A stretch of 64,000 bases of DNA from Myxococcota bacterium (GTDB lineage Bacteria; Myxococcota_A; UBA796; GCA-2862545), in NCBI GenBank assembly GCA_039208735.1, contig JBCCQY010000008.1, forward strand, positions 1-64,000, in the 5' to 3' direction. Numbering within the stretch: the first letter of the stretch is position 1; the number at the start of each line of letters is the position of its first letter. The translations under genes were made by a program, and so were the position numbers. Under the pieces are notes generated by a model that had not been told where the DNA came from, did no database searches, and saw only the letters and a list, made by a program, of their open reading frames with translations. Below, piece after piece: positions 59,578-64,000 of this stretch.

Positions 59578-59988
59578 TCAGAAGAGGGTCTCGCCAAGCT
59601 CCAACAATTCGCGAATCCGAGGCAGCAGCATGTCGCGCACATCTGTGAGATACCCAATGATATCCTCTTCCGACGGTTGCCTTGACCCCCAATCAACCAT
59701 GGCCCAAGCCCGCTTCCTGAACACCTCTTTCAGGTGCTTTCGGACGGTTCTGCCATTGGCCACATAATAACCGTCGGGTAGCTCGCCGCCCTCGAGCCGC
59801 ACCAGCAACACGAAGGCCTGGAACTCACGCCAGTCGAACTCAATCTCGACCCCCAGTTCGGTGGAGAGGTAGTCGAGGTGTGTCGACCTTCCCACGGTCG
59901 CGACAGTAGGCGGCCGAAATCCGTGCCGCTCAACGAGAGGCTCGAAGAGTCGAATCGTTTGCTCGAGGAGTTCTTCTCGTTGCCCCAT
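59578..59988 (-). CDS. Hypothetical protein, possibly orphan immunity-type
   Basis: 136 aa, FEPLVERHGF...VEIEFDWRE..FVLLVRL. Confidence 0.6.
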   Translation of the reverse strand: MGQREELLEQTIRLFEPLVERHGFRPPTVATVGRSTHLDYLSTELGVEIEFDWREFQAFVLLVRLEGGELPDGYYVANGRTVRKHLKEVFRKRAWAMVDWGSRQPSEEDIIGYLTDVRDMLLPRIRELLELGETLF

Positions 59989-60702
59989 GACGGCCCTCAA
60001 CGTCGCATGTTCATTAACTCTAACTCTCGTCCGGTGACGCCCCAAGAGCACCGAGGGTCGCCTTCGCAGCGGCCTGGGGCCTCTTGCCTCCATGGAACTC
60101 GTGAAAGTCCGTCACTGTCGTCCGTTCGGGCGTCTGCCATGCGACGACATCGCATTGGCCTCTGCCTTCGAGTCGGGCAAGCGTGGCGCGTTCGACTGTG
60201 AAATGATCGACACTTTGCATTTGGCCGCCGGGTTGGTCAATGGCGAGGACCTCATTGAATGCGCGCAATCTCCCAGCAGTGTGACCGATTTCGCCGATGA
60301 TCTAAGTGAACCAAGCGGGACGTTGCCAAGCTTCGATCCACGGGACTGCCCTGACCTTGGATGACCGTGGCGTTCTTTTGGTCTACCGGACCTCGCGGTT
60401 TTGGCAATCGGAGTGCCAAGGCGGCAGCAACCTGTCGGTGCAGAAGTGGCTCGATTCCTTGCATCGAGCGTAAGATACATGTTCAGTGAACGCATGTCCA
60501 ATCCGATCGCGGAAATCTGGACCAGGAAGTGTCCACACACCCCAGGGTTTCGTCTCGGACCTACTGCCGTTCGTGGTCGCGACGCGGGACTCGCCCCGTT
60601 GGTAGGGGAGTCGTAAGGGATGGGGTTTGGAATGTCGTCGCATCACCTTCGTCGCAGTTTCGCGTCCTACGTCCGACAGGGTCACGTGGAACGAGGAGGA
60701 CG

Positions 60703-62394
60703 TTGGCGTTGCTGGACGAAGTGGCGGCACGGATCGCGAGTGACCTCGACGATCACGAAGCCTGGATGGTGTTGGCAGACGGCCTACTCGACCGTAGCGA
60801 CGAACGGGGGCGCTGGATCCGCCTTCACTACGACCAAGACAGACAGCGCATAGATGAACGGCTCATTCTCGAAGCCCGATGGCACCGTGGTGGACCGAAG
60901 GGCTTTGAGTGGCCCGGGGCCCGGTTGTCGTGGCGGTTTGGATTTGTGGTGCGGGTCGACGTCCATTGGGACGATCGAACGCTCGCCCAGCTCCAGGCGC
61001 TCGATGCGCACCCCGATGGGCTGGTGTGGCGCAGTCTGGCGCTGTCTGAGATGCCTGCCAAAGCCGTCGCAGATTTGCGGTCGGCTGCGTTTGCGAATCG
61101 GCTTCGCACACTCACCCTCGCATCGACCCACTTGGGCGACAATGGACTGTTGAGCTTGGCAAGGGGAAAGTTTCCCTCGTTGACGAAGTTGGACGTCCAG
61201 AACAACGAATGCACAGCGACGGGGCTCGCCGCCCTCGTCGAGGCCCCGTTCATCGGGCAGCTCCGTACCCTGCGCCTTCGCAACAATCCCTTGGGACCTG
61301 CAGGGGGGATGGTGCTCGGCACATTGAAATCGCCGGCTCTCCAAGTGCTCGACCTCACCCGTACCGAACTCACGGATGCAGGGCTCGAGGCATTGGGTCG
61401 GGGGCCTCTCGGTGCGTCGGTCTCAAACCTAGCCCTAGCGGCAAACCAGCTCACAGGCGCGCATCTGACGAAGCTCACGGCGGCAAGAACCGTGGATTTG
61501 TCCCATAACGAGGCGCTATCCGTCGATGCCGTCGCTGCTGCGGCGTGCGGCTGGACGTCACTCGTCCTCGATGGGTGCGCCCTCGTGGACTCCGACGTTC
61601 CTGCACTCCGCGCCGCCTCCGCCCTGAAGGCCCTCTCGCTTTCACGGAACCCGGAATTGTCACTCGCCCGGATGGGGGAGGCGGATCTCCCGAATTCTCT
61701 GCAGTCACTCGTCCTTTCCGGTTGTGCAGTCGCAACCCGAGGATGGCTTGCCCTTGCGGCAGCCTCATTGCCCCACCTCCAGCAGCTTCGGCTCAACGGA
61801 TGCCAGCTGACAGGACTCGGTGACGTGCCTCCCCAAGCGTTTCCTTCCCTTGAGGCGCTCGACATCGGGGCAAATCGGTTGCAGGACGGCGGCTCGGCAC
61901 TCGCCCACGCCTTGCCAGCCTTGCGGACGCTGAAGGCACGGCGCTGTGGCATCGGTGAAGGGCTCGAGGATTGGCGTCATGCGCCCTGGTTCGAGAAGCT
62001 CGAAGAACTGGACCTCAGTGGCCAAACCCTGCCATGGTCCAAACTTCTTGCCGCACGCCGACTGGTGCGACTCAGCCTTGGCCGCTGCAGACTCTCAGGG
62101 ACCCTGCGAGGACTCCACGACTTACCCCAACTCGAGAGCCTGAATCTTTGTCACAATCACCTGTCGAACGCAGCGCCGATCGTTGAAGCCGGACATCCCA
62201 ACCTTCGTCAGTTGAACCTTTCGAGCAACGGCATCGACGACGCCGGTGCCGCACGCCTTACCAACCAGCTCGAATACTTCCCTCGACTCCAGCGTCTAAA
62301 CCTGCGATCGAATCCGCTTTCGTCCTCGATGCAAGCGGCGTTCGAGCAGGCCTCAACTCCCACGATGTTGGAGGTCACCGGCGCTGGCGGTTGA
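60703..62394 (+). CDS. TIGR02996-like N-terminus plus leucine-rich-repeat protein
   Basis: DDHEAWMVLADGLLDRSDERGRWIRL, WRFGFV, many LxxLxLxxN repeats; GAGGAGG RBS. Confidence 0.85.
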   Translation: MALLDEVAARIASDLDDHEAWMVLADGLLDRSDERGRWIRLHYDQDRQRIDERLILEARWHRGGPKGFEWPGARLSWRFGFVVRVDVHWDDRTLAQLQALDAHPDGLVWRSLALSEMPAKAVADLRSAAFANRLRTLTLASTHLGDNGLLSLARGKFPSLTKLDVQNNECTATGLAALVEAPFIGQLRTLRLRNNPLGPAGGMVLGTLKSPALQVLDLTRTELTDAGLEALGRGPLGASVSNLALAANQLTGAHLTKLTAARTVDLSHNEALSVDAVAAAACGWTSLVLDGCALVDSDVPALRAASALKALSLSRNPELSLARMGEADLPNSLQSLVLSGCAVATRGWLALAAASLPHLQQLRLNGCQLTGLGDVPPQAFPSLEALDIGANRLQDGGSALAHALPALRTLKARRCGIGEGLEDWRHAPWFEKLEELDLSGQTLPWSKLLAARRLVRLSLGRCRLSGTLRGLHDLPQLESLNLCHNHLSNAAPIVEAGHPNLRQLNLSSNGIDDAGAARLTNQLEYFPRLQRLNLRSNPLSSSMQAAFEQASTPTMLEVTGAGG

Positions 62395-62396
62395 CC

Positions 62397-63059
62397 TCAA
62401 TCACACTCGTCGTTCGCCTTCGCTCCGTCGCCCTCGCGAAACCCGACCACTTCGCAGGGGGTGTTGTAGGTCACGTCATCGAAGGCGACGTAGGCAAAGT
62501 CTACGCCTTTAGGTCCGACGGAAACAAAGGAGGTGAGTTCCGTCGGCTCTCCGCGGTCATCTTCGTCTGCCAATCCGAGTTCGGTTCGCAGAATCGCCCC
62601 TTCGTCCGCACCAAGCCGGTGCCCTCCCCCCACGGAATCGTCGCCTGCAAACCGGTTGATGGTAAGGGTCGATTGCCAAGTCTGGAAGGCAAGATCGATG
62701 CGTTCCGTGTCGCGCGTGACCACCGACCAGAACAGCTCCACGTCCAGCCCTTCGTACGTGCAGGCATCCTTGACTGCATCAGACTTAGGCTTGCCTTCAA
62801 CCCTCCGAAGTCGGTTGCGTTTCAAGTCCACATCGACGGGCTCGGTCCGACCATCTCGCCACACCATCGAGAACGCGTGGGATCCCAAGAGCGCCTGAAG
62901 GTTGTCGAGCGACGCCAGTTCGTTGTTCGACAGCTCCTCGACTCCCACCTCCGTCACGGTTTCAATGCAAGGATTGACAGGTTCACCCGTGAACGAGCGG
63001 ATGGGACTACACGCAACAACGCACATCATCACAACGAGGTTTGCGAGCTTAGTATTCAA
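62397..63059 (-). CDS. Hypothetical lipoprotein
   Basis: Lipobox VVAC; GGAGG upstream of TTG start. Confidence 0.6.
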   Translation of the reverse strand: MNTKLANLVVMMCVVACSPIRSFTGEPVNPCIETVTEVGVEELSNNELASLDNLQALLGSHAFSMVWRDGRTEPVDVDLKRNRLRRVEGKPKSDAVKDACTYEGLDVELFWSVVTRDTERIDLAFQTWQSTLTINRFAGDDSVGGGHRLGADEGAILRTELGLADEDDRGEPTELTSFVSVGPKGVDFAYVAFDDVTYNTPCEVVGFREGDGAKANDECD

Positions 63060-63363
63060 GGCTGCCCTCCGGGTGCGAACCTATCGTGGCGATGGAATGA
63101 CGAAGCGAATTGTGCACATCACGTTGAACCAGGCGCAAGGAGCCCCTGAAGCAGCGACGCCTCGAAACGGGCGCCCGTTTCCGAAGGAAGAACATGCCGA
63201 TGACAGAGTCCCTGACGTGTGTTCGCGCCGATGCGCACGTCGTGTCGCGCTCAAAATACCAATCAGCCAGGTCGATAATGTGCCCACATGCAACACGGAG
63301 GCCTTCGCGATGGCATCCACCGGCAAGAGGTGAACCTCCGGCTGGCTCAGCGATTGCGCAGCA

Positions 63364-63591
63364 TCACCGCGGCGGGTCGTCCGGGAACTGAAAGACGGCT
63401 TCCAGCGGCAGACCGAACGTTCGTGCGATGCGAAAGGCAACCTCGAGCGATGGAGAGTACTTCCCCTGTTCAATGGCATTGACCGTCTGTCGCGTCACCC
63501 CGATCGCTTCGGCGAGCTGGCCCTGAGTCATCTGGTCTGCCTCGGCCCGCAAGGCACGGATTCGATTGGTGACTTGTGTAGGTTTCGGCAC
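63364..63591 (-). CDS. XRE family HTH regulator
   Basis: [36 protein letters not shown]. Confidence 0.93.
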   Translation of the reverse strand: MPKPTQVTNRIRALRAEADQMTQGQLAEAIGVTRQTVNAIEQGKYSPSLEVAFRIARTFGLPLEAVFQFPDDPPR

Positions 63592-64000
63592 CTACACCCC
63601 GTATCGATACGACACGATCTGGCTCGTGCGAGACACCACCTCTGCGAGCACGAGGCCAGCCAGCAGGCCATTCGCAATCCAGAAGTGGTCGACCTCCAAG
63701 CACGCAAGCCCGATGGCGAAAAGGGTGGCCACCCCAAGCACCGCACCTCCGATGCTCTCGCCCTTTCGCTCCACCAATCGGTCGCGTTCATCCCCCCCGT
63801 GCTCGGCCGTTGGCGTCGTCAAGGCCACCACGATGTGCATCACCACGCTCGCCGCGACGAGCACCACCACCGTGAGGACCATGAGGGGTCGGTACGCGAC
63901 AGTGGCAAGGATCGGTGCATCGCCAAAGAGGCCGAGGATCGATGCGAAGTAAGCGCCGTAGACACCAACGATCAGCACGAGCATGACCCAGGTGCTCTTT
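63592..64000 (-). CDS. Membrane protein (DUF2178-like) paired with XRE regulator, 5' end outside window
   Basis: Four hydrophobic segments with DERD motif, ends YRYGV; frame open to the window edge. Confidence 0.75.
   Translation of the reverse strand, partial: KSTWVMLVLIVGVYGAYFASILGLFGDAPILATVAYRPLMVLTVVVLVAASVVMHIVVALTTPTAEHGGDERDRLVERKGESIGGAVLGVATLFAIGLACLEVDHFWIANGLLAGLVLAEVVSRTSQIVSYRYGV

Noticed and set aside
60092..60616. Possible readthrough gene across TGA at 60362-60364
   Set aside because: No recognisable motifs; a frameshifted remnant or non-coding DNA is equally plausible.

Overview
High-GC bacterial DNA, most likely Myxococcota. This is inferred from Cys/Asp-rich MopE-like repeats, TIGR02996-like LRR proteins and winged-helix STAND regulators. 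From start to end the window holds: a Fur-boxed TonB receptor / DUF4374-like lipoprotein / decayed PepSY iron-uptake locus; a GST-VOC-FAH-flavin monooxygenase-TetR aromatic catabolic cluster; a large toxin-like protein divergent from a CLCA-like metalloprotease-VWA protein; a cbrXAB-like two-component system upstream of a sigma54 promoter driving acs-DUF4212-actP-porin; assorted hydrolases, transporters and regulators; a translationally coupled four-gene cytoplasmic operon (caspase-like protease, alpha/beta-hydrolase plus neutral-ceramidase fusion with one in-frame TAG, HEXXH protein, metzincin); two wHTH-NTPase regulators flanking a secreted protein; and a tail of small secreted or orphan genes. 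The caspase operon (37071-44786) is the best candidate for an undescribed system. No rRNA, tRNA, CRISPR array or transposase was recognised. All family calls come from motif recognition by eye, not database searches.
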